Below are positions 10,109-18,171 of a stretch of 64,000 bases of DNA, piece after piece. The stretch comes from a virus. Made by a program: the position numbers and the translations under genes. The first letter of the stretch is position 1, and the number at the start of each line of letters is the position of its first letter. The stretch is from the IMG/VR virus record IMGVR_UViG_3300021961_008712, positions 1-64,000 of that record; one strand, 5' to 3'. A model generated the notes under the pieces. The model did not search any database. It had not been told where the DNA came from and was given only the letters and a program-made list of their open reading frames with translations.

Positions 10109-10719
10109 AAAATATAATTAAAAGTTTTTTCTTTGCATTAATTTTCTTATCTTTAGGTGGTTGTGGTACATATCTAATCAATACCCAACCTAGAGTAAGA
10201 GTAGAAAAATTGCTTGCTATTAACTCTGCTGGTGATACCGTACAAGTTTCTATTGATAGAGTTCTTAGAGAGTACAGTTATGGCAGCTATCAGAACTGGA
10301 GCTTTAATTGGAATAACCAGTGGTACCCTTATCAAGCTTTTCCTTACTACTTTTACTCTAACCCCTATAGATGGTATGGAAGCACTATTTATAACAGACC
10401 ATATATTGGACCCAGTGTAACAGTGCCTCTGAACAGACCTAGAACTATAATTCGAGGAAGAAGAGGAAGTAATAACTTAGAAAGAAATGATCAATTTAAC
10501 AGACCTAATTTTAGAAGCGAAAGGCCGGCCGAAGGTAATAGTAATGGCAGGAGGAGCAGCAGCAGGGAAGTCATCTCTCCTAGACAAACTCAACCTAGGA
10601 TCACTCCCAATAGTCAACCCCGACAAATACGTAGAGGATCCCAACCACCAAGCGTACAACAACCTATCAAGAGCAGCAGCCCTAGCAGACAAGGAGGCAG
10701 AAGACCTCTCGACAACTAA
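10105..10719 (+). CDS. Putative lipoprotein with aromatic-rich core and R/S/Q-rich disordered tail
   Basis: Signal peptide with lipobox LSLGG-C; 3' end overlaps the next gene by 233 nt. Confidence 0.6.
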   Translation: MKNIIKSFFFALIFLSLGGCGTYLINTQPRVRVEKLLAINSAGDTVQVSIDRVLREYSYGSYQNWSFNWNNQWYPYQAFPYYFYSNPYRWYGSTIYNRPYIGPSVTVPLNRPRTIIRGRRGSNNLERNDQFNRPNFRSERPAEGNSNGRRSSSREVISPRQTQPRITPNSQPRQIRRGSQPPSVQQPIKSSSPSRQGGRRPLDN

Positions 10720-11422
10720 ACAGTCATTTGTTTGGGATACTACAGCTTCTAACCCTACTAAAGTTAAAGAACTTATAACTAAAGGCTATGATGTCTATAT
10801 GGTTATGGTCTATACTCACCCTATGAATGCTTTCGTAGGAAACTTTAAGAGAGAGAGAAGAGTACCAGAAGCAGCTGTATTCTCAACCTGGAGAAATGTC
10901 TATCAGTTAATTAAAGACTACAATAAAATGACTGGTGGTCAATTCTCTTTATACATTAATGACAGAAAAGGTAAGTATGCTGCAGAGGTAGAGGCATTTG
11001 ATACTGCAGCTAAAAACGGTGCTAAAGGAATATCAGACTTTTTAAAAAGATGGGTTACCTCTAAAAACCCTGACGATGACGGTTCTACTTTTAGAAAGCC
11101 ATTAGAAATGTCTCAAGAAGAAGAAAACGAATTCTTCAAAGCCACTCAAGGTATTGATTGGGATAAAGGAAACTATAGTGAAGATAGAGCCATCAAGAAA
11201 GCGTTCTTAGATGCTTTCCAAAAGAATGGTGTAGGGCCTGGTGCAGATAAACTAAAAGATGCAGTAAAGAAATACAGAGACCTTAAAGCTAAAAATGATC
11301 AAAAACAAGAAGAAGTATTAGAGAATATTGCTGAAATGTTATTTAGTCCAGAGTTTCAAGAACAATTAAAGCATTCATCTGCACAAGAAATAGATAAAGC
11401 ATTACAGGACTTTTTAGCATGA
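10487..11422 (+). CDS. Zeta-toxin-like / AAA_33 P-loop kinase
   Basis: MAGGAAAGKS Walker A, VNPD, FVWDTT, RERRVPE. Confidence 0.75.
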   Translation: MINLTDLILEAKGRPKVIVMAGGAAAGKSSLLDKLNLGSLPIVNPDKYVEDPNHQAYNNLSRAAALADKEAEDLSTTKQSFVWDTTASNPTKVKELITKGYDVYMVMVYTHPMNAFVGNFKRERRVPEAAVFSTWRNVYQLIKDYNKMTGGQFSLYINDRKGKYAAEVEAFDTAAKNGAKGISDFLKRWVTSKNPDDDGSTFRKPLEMSQEEENEFFKATQGIDWDKGNYSEDRAIKKAFLDAFQKNGVGPGADKLKDAVKKYRDLKAKNDQKQEEVLENIAEMLFSPEFQEQLKHSSAQEIDKALQDFLA

Positions 11423-13125
11423 TAGCATTATACCCAGGAGCATTTAAACCACCTCATAGAGGACATTTTAACGTAGTAAAATCTTTACTCGACGGCTCCT
11501 ATAATGGTACAATCTATTCTAAAGACGATTATAAAGAAAAAGGCGCAAGCTTATTTTTAAAAGAAGCAGGAGATAAACCTAATATTGATAAGGTTGTAGT
11601 TTTTGTAGGTGCTGGAGAAAGAAACGGTATAGACAAACAAGAAGCTTTAACTATTTGGAACATATATGCCAAGCATTTAGGAAATGTAGAAATATTAGAC
11701 GGTGGACAGAATCCAATGTTTGGTGCTAAAAATTATGCAAAAGATAATCCAAACGAAGAATTTGTAGCTGTAACTGGAATTAGAGGTGAAAAAGACTTTG
11801 TAGACTTAAGAAGAGTTACTACATTTGCCAATACACCTAACGTACAAGGTTTAGCATTAGCAGCAGCACCAGGTTCTGGAGTTAGAGCAACAGATTTTAG
11901 AGCAAGTATACTAGCAGGCAATTTAGATAAAATTGTAGACTTTTTTCCTAAAGAGTTGGAAAGAGGAGAGATACTACGTATATTAGTTGATTTGAAAGAT
12001 AAGATCGTAGCAGAAATTATTGGATCAAATATTGACGGCTACATAACAGAGTATTTTGCACAGCCAGAAATTCAAGAAGAAAAAGAAGAAGTTCCTGAGT
12101 ATACTAAATATATTGCTTCTATATTAGAGTATATGATTGATCAGAAGATGAAAGTACTTCCTCTACCAGAAGTCAAGACAGTTAGAGATGAAGCAAATGC
12201 TGCAGACTTTTTTGGTAAAACAGCTCATTATGATCCAAATAAACAAGAAGTTGTTCTTTACGTTGAAGGAAGACACCCTAAAGATATCGTAAGATCATTT
12301 GTACATGAAATGATTCACCATATGCAGAACTTAGAAGGCAGGTTAGGTAATATTGGTACAAGTAATACAAACGAAGACGATGATTTACTAGAGATAGAAA
12401 AAGAAGCTTACTTAAAAGGAAATATAACTTTTCGCAATTGGGAAGATTCTATTAAAAATAAACCAAAACAAGAAGTTGTGGCAGAAGGCAAGTACGGCAA
12501 GATATCTAATGTACTTTCTAGATATGCTTTTGATGTTTTAAAAAAAGCACATGAAGAAGGTAGAAAAAATGTAAACACTACCATTAGAGTAGGCAACCCA
12601 GAACATGATGACGTTGATATAGAGTCTACTCAATTTGAAGTAGATTTTAATGTATACGCCGAATTTAAAGATGATATCTATTCTGTTGACGGTGGAGCTA
12701 ATGCTGGATTTGATGACGAGGGAGATGAAATTTATCCTTTAATTAACGTAGTATTCAATATACCTCTAGACCCAGATTGGCAAGAAATCTCTATGGATCT
12801 AAAAGATGTCGTTAGACATGAATTAGAACACCTTACTCAAGACGGTGAAAATGTTAGACAGGGTAAATACATACCAGATGACAAGGATTTAAGAGACTTG
12901 ATTGATCAGGGTATACTAGATAAAGAAAACTATTACTACCTACCTAAGGAAGTAGATGCTATGATACAAGGCTTATATTTTAAAGCCAAAAAGTCTAAAA
13001 AGCCATTCTCAGATGTAGTAGATGACTACCTGAAAAAAACAGGAGAATCGTTGGAAGTCCGCGAAAAAATTCGTATATTATGGAATAAAAGACTACCTTC
13101 ATTAGGTATAAATCAAAGGTTATGA
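11419..13125 (+). CDS. HxGH (cytidylyltransferase-like) nucleotidyltransferase fused to two HExxH zincin-like domains
   Basis: YPGAFKPPHRGH and RATDFR; FVHEMIHHMQ...EKEAY; VRHELEHLTQ...EVDA. Confidence 0.75.
   Translation: MIALYPGAFKPPHRGHFNVVKSLLDGSYNGTIYSKDDYKEKGASLFLKEAGDKPNIDKVVVFVGAGERNGIDKQEALTIWNIYAKHLGNVEILDGGQNPMFGAKNYAKDNPNEEFVAVTGIRGEKDFVDLRRVTTFANTPNVQGLALAAAPGSGVRATDFRASILAGNLDKIVDFFPKELERGEILRILVDLKDKIVAEIIGSNIDGYITEYFAQPEIQEEKEEVPEYTKYIASILEYMIDQKMKVLPLPEVKTVRDEANAADFFGKTAHYDPNKQEVVLYVEGRHPKDIVRSFVHEMIHHMQNLEGRLGNIGTSNTNEDDDLLEIEKEAYLKGNITFRNWEDSIKNKPKQEVVAEGKYGKISNVLSRYAFDVLKKAHEEGRKNVNTTIRVGNPEHDDVDIESTQFEVDFNVYAEFKDDIYSVDGGANAGFDDEGDEIYPLINVVFNIPLDPDWQEISMDLKDVVRHELEHLTQDGENVRQGKYIPDDKDLRDLIDQGILDKENYYYLPKEVDAMIQGLYFKAKKSKKPFSDVVDDYLKKTGESLEVREKIRILWNKRLPSLGINQRL
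13051..13080 (+). promoter_or_regulatory. TTG-N20-TATATTA promoter upstream of the HAD phosphatase
   Basis: ttggaagtccgcgaaaaaattcgtatatta. Confidence 0.55.
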
Positions 13126-13667
13126 AAAAAAAGTTAGTAGACTTATTAGAAGCTTATCCTCTTCCCGAACAAAAAGAACTTCCAAAGTATAAAATATACT
13201 GCGATATGGATGGAGTGTTAACAGACTTTGAAGCAAGGTTTGACCACTTCACTGGAATGAATCCTCAAGAGTACGAAAGTCAATACGGTACTGAACAGTT
13301 TTGGAATTTAATAGATGTTAAAGTAGGAGTTAAATTCTGGGTAGGAATGGATTGGATGCCTCAAGGTAGACAACTTTGGAATTTTATAAAACCATATAAA
13401 CCGGATCTTTTAACTTCCCCTTCTAGAAATAATGAATCTAGATTAGGAAAAAACTTATGGGTTAGAAATAATCTAAACCCTAAACCAAAAGTAAACTTTG
13501 CATATTCAGCTGATAAGCAACAGTACGCACAGCCTGATGCTATTCTTATTGATGATAAAAAATCAAACATTAATGAATGGGCATCCAAAGGCGGGATAGC
13601 TATCAGATGTAAAAATGGAGACGTAAATCATGTAATTGAAGAATTAAAAAAACTAGGATATGAGTAG
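13122..13667 (+). CDS. HAD-family 5'(3')-nucleotidase-like phosphatase
   Basis: YCDMDGVLTDF, LLTSP, conserved Lys, LIDDKKSN. Confidence 0.85.
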   Translation: MKKKLVDLLEAYPLPEQKELPKYKIYCDMDGVLTDFEARFDHFTGMNPQEYESQYGTEQFWNLIDVKVGVKFWVGMDWMPQGRQLWNFIKPYKPDLLTSPSRNNESRLGKNLWVRNNLNPKPKVNFAYSADKQQYAQPDAILIDDKKSNINEWASKGGIAIRCKNGDVNHVIEELKKLGYE

Positions 13668-13794
13668 TAAATTTTTTTCGAGTAGATCATTGAATGATAA
13701 TATCAAAAAAGATCAAAATACAAAAAATGTTACAGGTAATAGACAAAATGTAAAAAGATCCACCGCAGTAAAAAAATCCGGTAGAGGGAAATAA
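13660..13794 (+). CDS. Small basic protein (44 aa, absent from the ORF track)
   Basis: MSSKFFSSRSLNDNIKKDQNTKNVTGNRQNVKRSTAVKKSGRGK* fills the gap. Confidence 0.55.
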   Translation: MSSKFFSSRSLNDNIKKDQNTKNVTGNRQNVKRSTAVKKSGRGK

Positions 13795-13796
13795 TT

Positions 13797-13964
13797 ATGA
13801 ATAAACTATATAGATTTCCTAAAAGAGGATATATTGGAGGAGTTTGTGAAGGACTTGGAAAACATACAGGAATCGATCCGGTACTATGGAGGGTAATTGC
13901 TATTTTTGGCGGTTTTCTTTTTATTTATCTAATTTTATGGATCGTCCTTAAAAAAGGAGAATAG
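13797..13964 (+). CDS. pspC: PspC-domain membrane protein (55 aa, absent from the ORF track)
   Basis: MNKLYRFPKRGYIGGVCEGLGKHTGIDPVLWRVIAIFGGFLFIYLILWIVLKKGE matches the PspC consensus. Confidence 0.85.
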   Translation: MNKLYRFPKRGYIGGVCEGLGKHTGIDPVLWRVIAIFGGFLFIYLILWIVLKKGE

Positions 13965-13969
13965 ATAAA

Positions 13970-14545
13970 ATGAAAGAGACTTTACTGAAAAAAGAGTTCA
14001 ATCAAGCCGATGTTGAACGCATTAGGAATCTAGTTAAAAAAGACTTTACTGCAGGAACTAAATCTCAATCCGGATATTCTAAAAAAGAGACTAGGTATAA
14101 GGAAGGTGACGTCTGGGAAGAAAACGGTAAGCAATGGACAATTAAGAATGGACTCAAACAGAACATTACTAAATTAGACAATGCTAAAAAACTTACTAGA
14201 CTTCCACTAACATGTCCTAAATGTAATAATAGAATGAAGAAACGTCTTGATAAAAAGATGTACTTTATTCATGGTTTCTGTTTTGATTGCACAGTAGACT
14301 ACGAAGCTAGTTTAAGAAAAGCTGGACTGTACGAAGAGTATGAAAAAAAGATGATGTCCGGCAATATTCAGTCATTCGTCAAAGATATAGAAAACTGGGT
14401 ACAAGAGACTTTAGAAGAACAGATGTCTTTTGTAACTGAACAAGGAGATGTAGAAGAGTGGGGACAGTTATCCACAGGTTATAAGAATAAAATTCTTGAA
14501 GATATGAAACTATATGTTTCACATTTGAAAGAACACGTTGTTTAG
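13970..14545 (+). CDS. Zinc-binding hypothetical protein
   Basis: CPKC...CFDC pair; GDVWEENGKQWTIKNG beta module. Confidence 0.6.
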   Translation: MKETLLKKEFNQADVERIRNLVKKDFTAGTKSQSGYSKKETRYKEGDVWEENGKQWTIKNGLKQNITKLDNAKKLTRLPLTCPKCNNRMKKRLDKKMYFIHGFCFDCTVDYEASLRKAGLYEEYEKKMMSGNIQSFVKDIENWVQETLEEQMSFVTEQGDVEEWGQLSTGYKNKILEDMKLYVSHLKEHVV

Positions 14546-14548
14546 GTA

Positions 14549-14556
14549 TATTTATA
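14549..14556 (+). promoter_or_regulatory. TATTTATA putative late promoter
   Basis: Recurrent intergenic octamer. Confidence 0.6.
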
Positions 14557-14583
14557 ACAAATAGTAACTCTATATACTCTACG

Positions 14584-14943
14584 ATGACACAGAAAGAAGT
14601 ACTTGATGCTGTATTAGCGGAAATAAGACACATTAAAACGCATATGCCTAACGGTGAGTTAAAGGCTATGCAAAAAGATATGGAAAACCTTAAGGATGAT
14701 ATGTCAGATCTCAAATACACATTACTCAATCCCGACAATGGAGTTATTGTAAATACCAACAAAAACACAGAATTTAGACAATCTCTTCAGTCTAATCAAA
14801 AAGAATTCGATACTCAGATGGCTAAAATTTCTGAAATCGAAACTTGGAAGAATGGAGTTACTAAGGCCCTTTGGGTTATTTTTGGTATTTTAGCATCTAT
14901 CATCATCAGAATGCTAATGATGCATTCAGACAAACTTCAGTAA
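14584..14943 (+). CDS. Coiled-coil protein with C-terminal transmembrane helix
   Basis: Heptad-rich region followed by ALWVIFGILASIII. Confidence 0.6.
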   Translation: MTQKEVLDAVLAEIRHIKTHMPNGELKAMQKDMENLKDDMSDLKYTLLNPDNGVIVNTNKNTEFRQSLQSNQKEFDTQMAKISEIETWKNGVTKALWVIFGILASIIIRMLMMHSDKLQ

Positions 14944-14944
14944 T

Positions 14945-15856
14945 ATGAAAAACCTAAAACAAGCACTTAAAGAGCTACAAGAAGAAAAACCAGGACTTTG
15001 GGCTAACATTAGAGCTAAAAGAGAAAAAGGAGAAAAACCTTCTCACGGTAATTCTAATGCACATAAAGATGCAGTAGCAGCTGGTAAGAAGATTAATAAA
15101 ATGTCTGAAGAACAAGGTAAATTCTACGTAGGGTATAATCTAGGTAGAGGACAAGGCAAAGGTATATTTAAAACTCCATACGACTCTTACGCAGAAGCGA
15201 AAAAAGAAGTTGAAAAATCTTATCAATTAGATAAAGGCAGTAGAAATATGACTGCTTATTATGTAGCAGATGAGAACGGTAACCTTCATAAAGAAGTAGT
15301 AGACGAGATACTTAAAATATTTAACACCCAGCGGGTAAAAGAAGCCACTAAAGTATCTGAAGCAAACGTTAACCCTGAAGCAGAAAAATTAGTTGGTGAC
15401 TTTATTATGAAGTTAGCTAAGCGATACGGTTACGGAGCTAAAGATGCAATCTACTTAGTTCAATCTGTAATTAGTAATATAGAAGCTTCTGGTAAACTAA
15501 ATGAAGGAGAAGAATGGCCAGAAGAAGTTCCATCAAGACACGGAGATATTATCTTTAAATTAATTAAGGTAATGCCTGATAGAGCTAAATATGCTCTAAT
15601 AGATGCTAAGACAGGAAAAGAATGGGAAGCAGGAGGAAGAGTATTTGGCTCTATTAAATCTCTAATGGCTTCAGCAGAAGATACTATTATGCCTCAAGGC
15701 GGTAGACAATCTACAAATCTTGGAGAAGATAAATCAGATGCTGTTAGATGGTTTGGCAACGTAAAGTACTATTATACTAAGGCATTTGTAGAACTGAAAG
15801 GTGAAGATAAACAACTCTACATACAAATGCTAAAAGATTACTTTTCTAAATTGTAA
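14945..15856 (+). CDS. Modular hypothetical protein (putative head-packaged polyprotein)
   Basis: Short modules separated by LQE/MSE/VSE/LNE/LGE. Confidence 0.55.
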   Translation: MKNLKQALKELQEEKPGLWANIRAKREKGEKPSHGNSNAHKDAVAAGKKINKMSEEQGKFYVGYNLGRGQGKGIFKTPYDSYAEAKKEVEKSYQLDKGSRNMTAYYVADENGNLHKEVVDEILKIFNTQRVKEATKVSEANVNPEAEKLVGDFIMKLAKRYGYGAKDAIYLVQSVISNIEASGKLNEGEEWPEEVPSRHGDIIFKLIKVMPDRAKYALIDAKTGKEWEAGGRVFGSIKSLMASAEDTIMPQGGRQSTNLGEDKSDAVRWFGNVKYYYTKAFVELKGEDKQLYIQMLKDYFSKL

Positions 15857-15857
15857 A

Positions 15858-16541
15858 ATGAAATTAACACGCCTTGTAAACGAGATACTTTTTGAGGCCT
15901 TCAAAAAAGGTAAGGTTATCGTATACCATAATTTTCAAGGTGTAGATACAGATGAAAATATTGCCGGTACTAATAAAGTTTTAAATGTAGCTGATTGTAT
16001 AGGTAACGAACCAGGAAAAGATTATAACTACTTTACAACTGAAAAAAAGCAGTATGTAGAGGACATGATAAAAGATGCTTCTGGAGATGGCTGGAAAAAA
16101 TTTCCACCCATAGTAGCTATACCCCACCCAATCATTAACGGTAAATACGCAGTCATAGACGGTAACCATAGATTAGGTGCTTTTACTATTGGTAAACTAC
16201 CACAGATTAATGCAAGAATCTTATCAGACGACAAAATATTATTAGCTGATCAAGGTGTAGAGTGGGATGAAAATAAACTTCCTAAGACTATGCCTTTAGC
16301 AGATGCTAAAAAACAAGGAGTGAATTTAAAAGAATATTTTGCTACACAGCCTTTAAAAGTTCCTTCTAACGAAAACTACGCCGACGGTAAAGTAAAAGGA
16401 AAATCTAGACCCGGTAGAGTTAAAAAATCAGGAGCCTCATGTAAAGGTTCAGTAACCGACTTACGAGCTAAAGCTAAAAAGTACGGAGGAGAAAAAGGTA
16501 AAATGTATCACTGGTGTGCAAACATGAAAGGTGGTAAGTAG
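15858..16541 (+). CDS. ParB/Srx-like domain protein with basic C-terminal module
   Basis: FPPIVA...YAVIDGNHRLGA; after SNE|NYADGK a basic Cys/His module. Confidence 0.7.
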   Translation: MKLTRLVNEILFEAFKKGKVIVYHNFQGVDTDENIAGTNKVLNVADCIGNEPGKDYNYFTTEKKQYVEDMIKDASGDGWKKFPPIVAIPHPIINGKYAVIDGNHRLGAFTIGKLPQINARILSDDKILLADQGVEWDENKLPKTMPLADAKKQGVNLKEYFATQPLKVPSNENYADGKVKGKSRPGRVKKSGASCKGSVTDLRAKAKKYGGEKGKMYHWCANMKGGK

Positions 16542-16544
16542 TTT

Positions 16545-16757
16545 ATGAATGAAACTAGACATAGAATAATTTTAAGTATTGTTATTGTATTAAGTTTTTT
16601 AGTTACAATACATGGTATAACAGTAGCCATGAATCAAAACTTTACTTTAAATGCAGATTGGAAAGAATTACTTCTTCTACTTTTAGGTGCCTTGATTGGT
16701 AACTTTGGTAAGGTTGTAGACTATTGGTTTAATAATAAAAATAAAAAAGATGAGTGA
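16545..16757 (+). CDS. Small two-TM membrane protein (holin-like)
   Basis: Two hydrophobic helices, VVDYWF and a basic C-terminal tail. Confidence 0.5.
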   Translation: MNETRHRIILSIVIVLSFLVTIHGITVAMNQNFTLNADWKELLLLLLGALIGNFGKVVDYWFNNKNKKDE

Positions 16758-17577
16758 AGTAAATAAATCGGTTGGTAACGATAACGCCGGAGCATCAGCA
16801 GGAGCATCTGTTGGAACTGAAGTTACTAATACATCAGTAAGTGCTGGTGTAGAAGCAGGAGCTGAGGTTCATGCAAACGTAGAAAATTCAAACCAAATCG
16901 GTGATGTAACTATTTCACAAGAAGCTCATGCAGAAGCAGAGGTTCATGCGGAAGCAACAACCGAAGCTGGATGGGATGGTAGAAACGCAACAGTAGATGC
17001 ACACGCAGAAGTCGGAGCATCTGTAGAAGCAGGAGCATCCAATTCAGTAGAATATGGCGGTGTAACTAATACAACTGAAGTCCATGCAGGAGCAGAAGCT
17101 AAAGCGTATGTTGGAGCAAGCGGACAAGTTGGAATGGATGGAGCTGAAGGACATGCCGGAGCAATGGCTGGAGCATCGGTAGGAGTTGGGGTATCCAATG
17201 GAACTTACGATGAAAATGGTAATGGTGCTGAAGCCGGTGCTGGAGTATCGGTTGGGGCACAAGTAGGTGCTGAAGTTGGTGGTGGTGCTACAATGGATGA
17301 TGGTGTTGCAACTATCGGAGTTGAAGGTGAAGTTGCTCTATTAGTTGGAGTAGACGTAGACCTTTCGGTTAGCGTAGATACCAAACCAGCACAAGAGGCA
17401 GTAGTAGATACCGCAAACACAGTTGCTAAAGAAACTACCAAAGTGGTAGATAAAGTAGCAGAACCTGTAAACAACGCTGGTAACGCCGTAGTTGGTAGTG
17501 CTAAAGATGTTGGTAACTCAGCATCTAAAGGTGTAAGTAACGCTGGTAAGAGTATAAAGAAAAAATTTAAATTCTAA
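16750..17577 (+). CDS. Gly/Ala/Val-rich repeat protein
   Basis: Repeated GAEA/GASVG beta-strand-like units and an amphipathic basic tail. Confidence 0.55.
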   Translation: MSEVNKSVGNDNAGASAGASVGTEVTNTSVSAGVEAGAEVHANVENSNQIGDVTISQEAHAEAEVHAEATTEAGWDGRNATVDAHAEVGASVEAGASNSVEYGGVTNTTEVHAGAEAKAYVGASGQVGMDGAEGHAGAMAGASVGVGVSNGTYDENGNGAEAGAGVSVGAQVGAEVGGGATMDDGVATIGVEGEVALLVGVDVDLSVSVDTKPAQEAVVDTANTVAKETTKVVDKVAEPVNNAGNAVVGSAKDVGNSASKGVSNAGKSIKKKFKF

Positions 17578-17589
17578 GCTAAGTTATGT

Positions 17590-18114
17590 ATGTCCAAGCA
17601 GTTTTACATCAAACCAGTTAAAGAGTATCTCGATACTCTAAAGTTAATCGAAAAAATTAATAACGATATCTGGGTGGATTCTTCTACTGTTATTGTATGC
17701 TGTTCTCCGGAATATAGCTCAATACTATCACAAATTATCAACCACAAACTTTCACACCGTAATAATAACGTACCCTTTGATATGGATTTTTTAGAAATGC
17801 CCTATCCTGGTCAACAACTGTATTCTGAAGAAGATTACATAGAGGATTTAGAAACATTTGGTAGAAAGTATGTTAATGCGGATAGAAAATTACTATTTAT
17901 AGACTCTGGGGTTTTACGAGGTAGGAACTTTAATATATTAGATAATGTAATGGAAGAATACCTAAAACCGAAACAAAGAAAGTTCGCCTGCCTATACAAA
18001 CAAGGTAACTCAGTCTTTGAACCAGACTACTACGTCGAAGAGTTTTCTTTTGATAAACAAGGGGGGTTAACATTCTGGTGGGAAAATAACGATAACCCTT
18101 ATTGGGGCTGGTAA
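17590..18114 (+). CDS. Phosphoribosyltransferase-fold protein
   Basis: KLLFIDSGVLRGRN resembles a degenerate PRPP loop; FACLYK...FEPDYY...FWWE tail as in Gpt/Hpt. Confidence 0.6.
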   Translation: MSKQFYIKPVKEYLDTLKLIEKINNDIWVDSSTVIVCCSPEYSSILSQIINHKLSHRNNNVPFDMDFLEMPYPGQQLYSEEDYIEDLETFGRKYVNADRKLLFIDSGVLRGRNFNILDNVMEEYLKPKQRKFACLYKQGNSVFEPDYYVEEFSFDKQGGLTFWWENNDNPYWGW

Positions 18115-18140
18115 TGCATATTTGGATTTGTTAATCTATT

Positions 18141-18148
18141 TATTTATA
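18141..18148 (+). promoter_or_regulatory. TATTTATA putative late promoter
   Basis: Recurrent intergenic octamer. Confidence 0.6.
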
Positions 18149-18171
18149 TACCTGTATAAATTTTGAAAGCA

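Noticed and set aside
10487-11422. Epsilon-zeta toxin-antitoxin pair
   Set aside because: No antitoxin-like neighbour; the upstream ORF is a lipoprotein.
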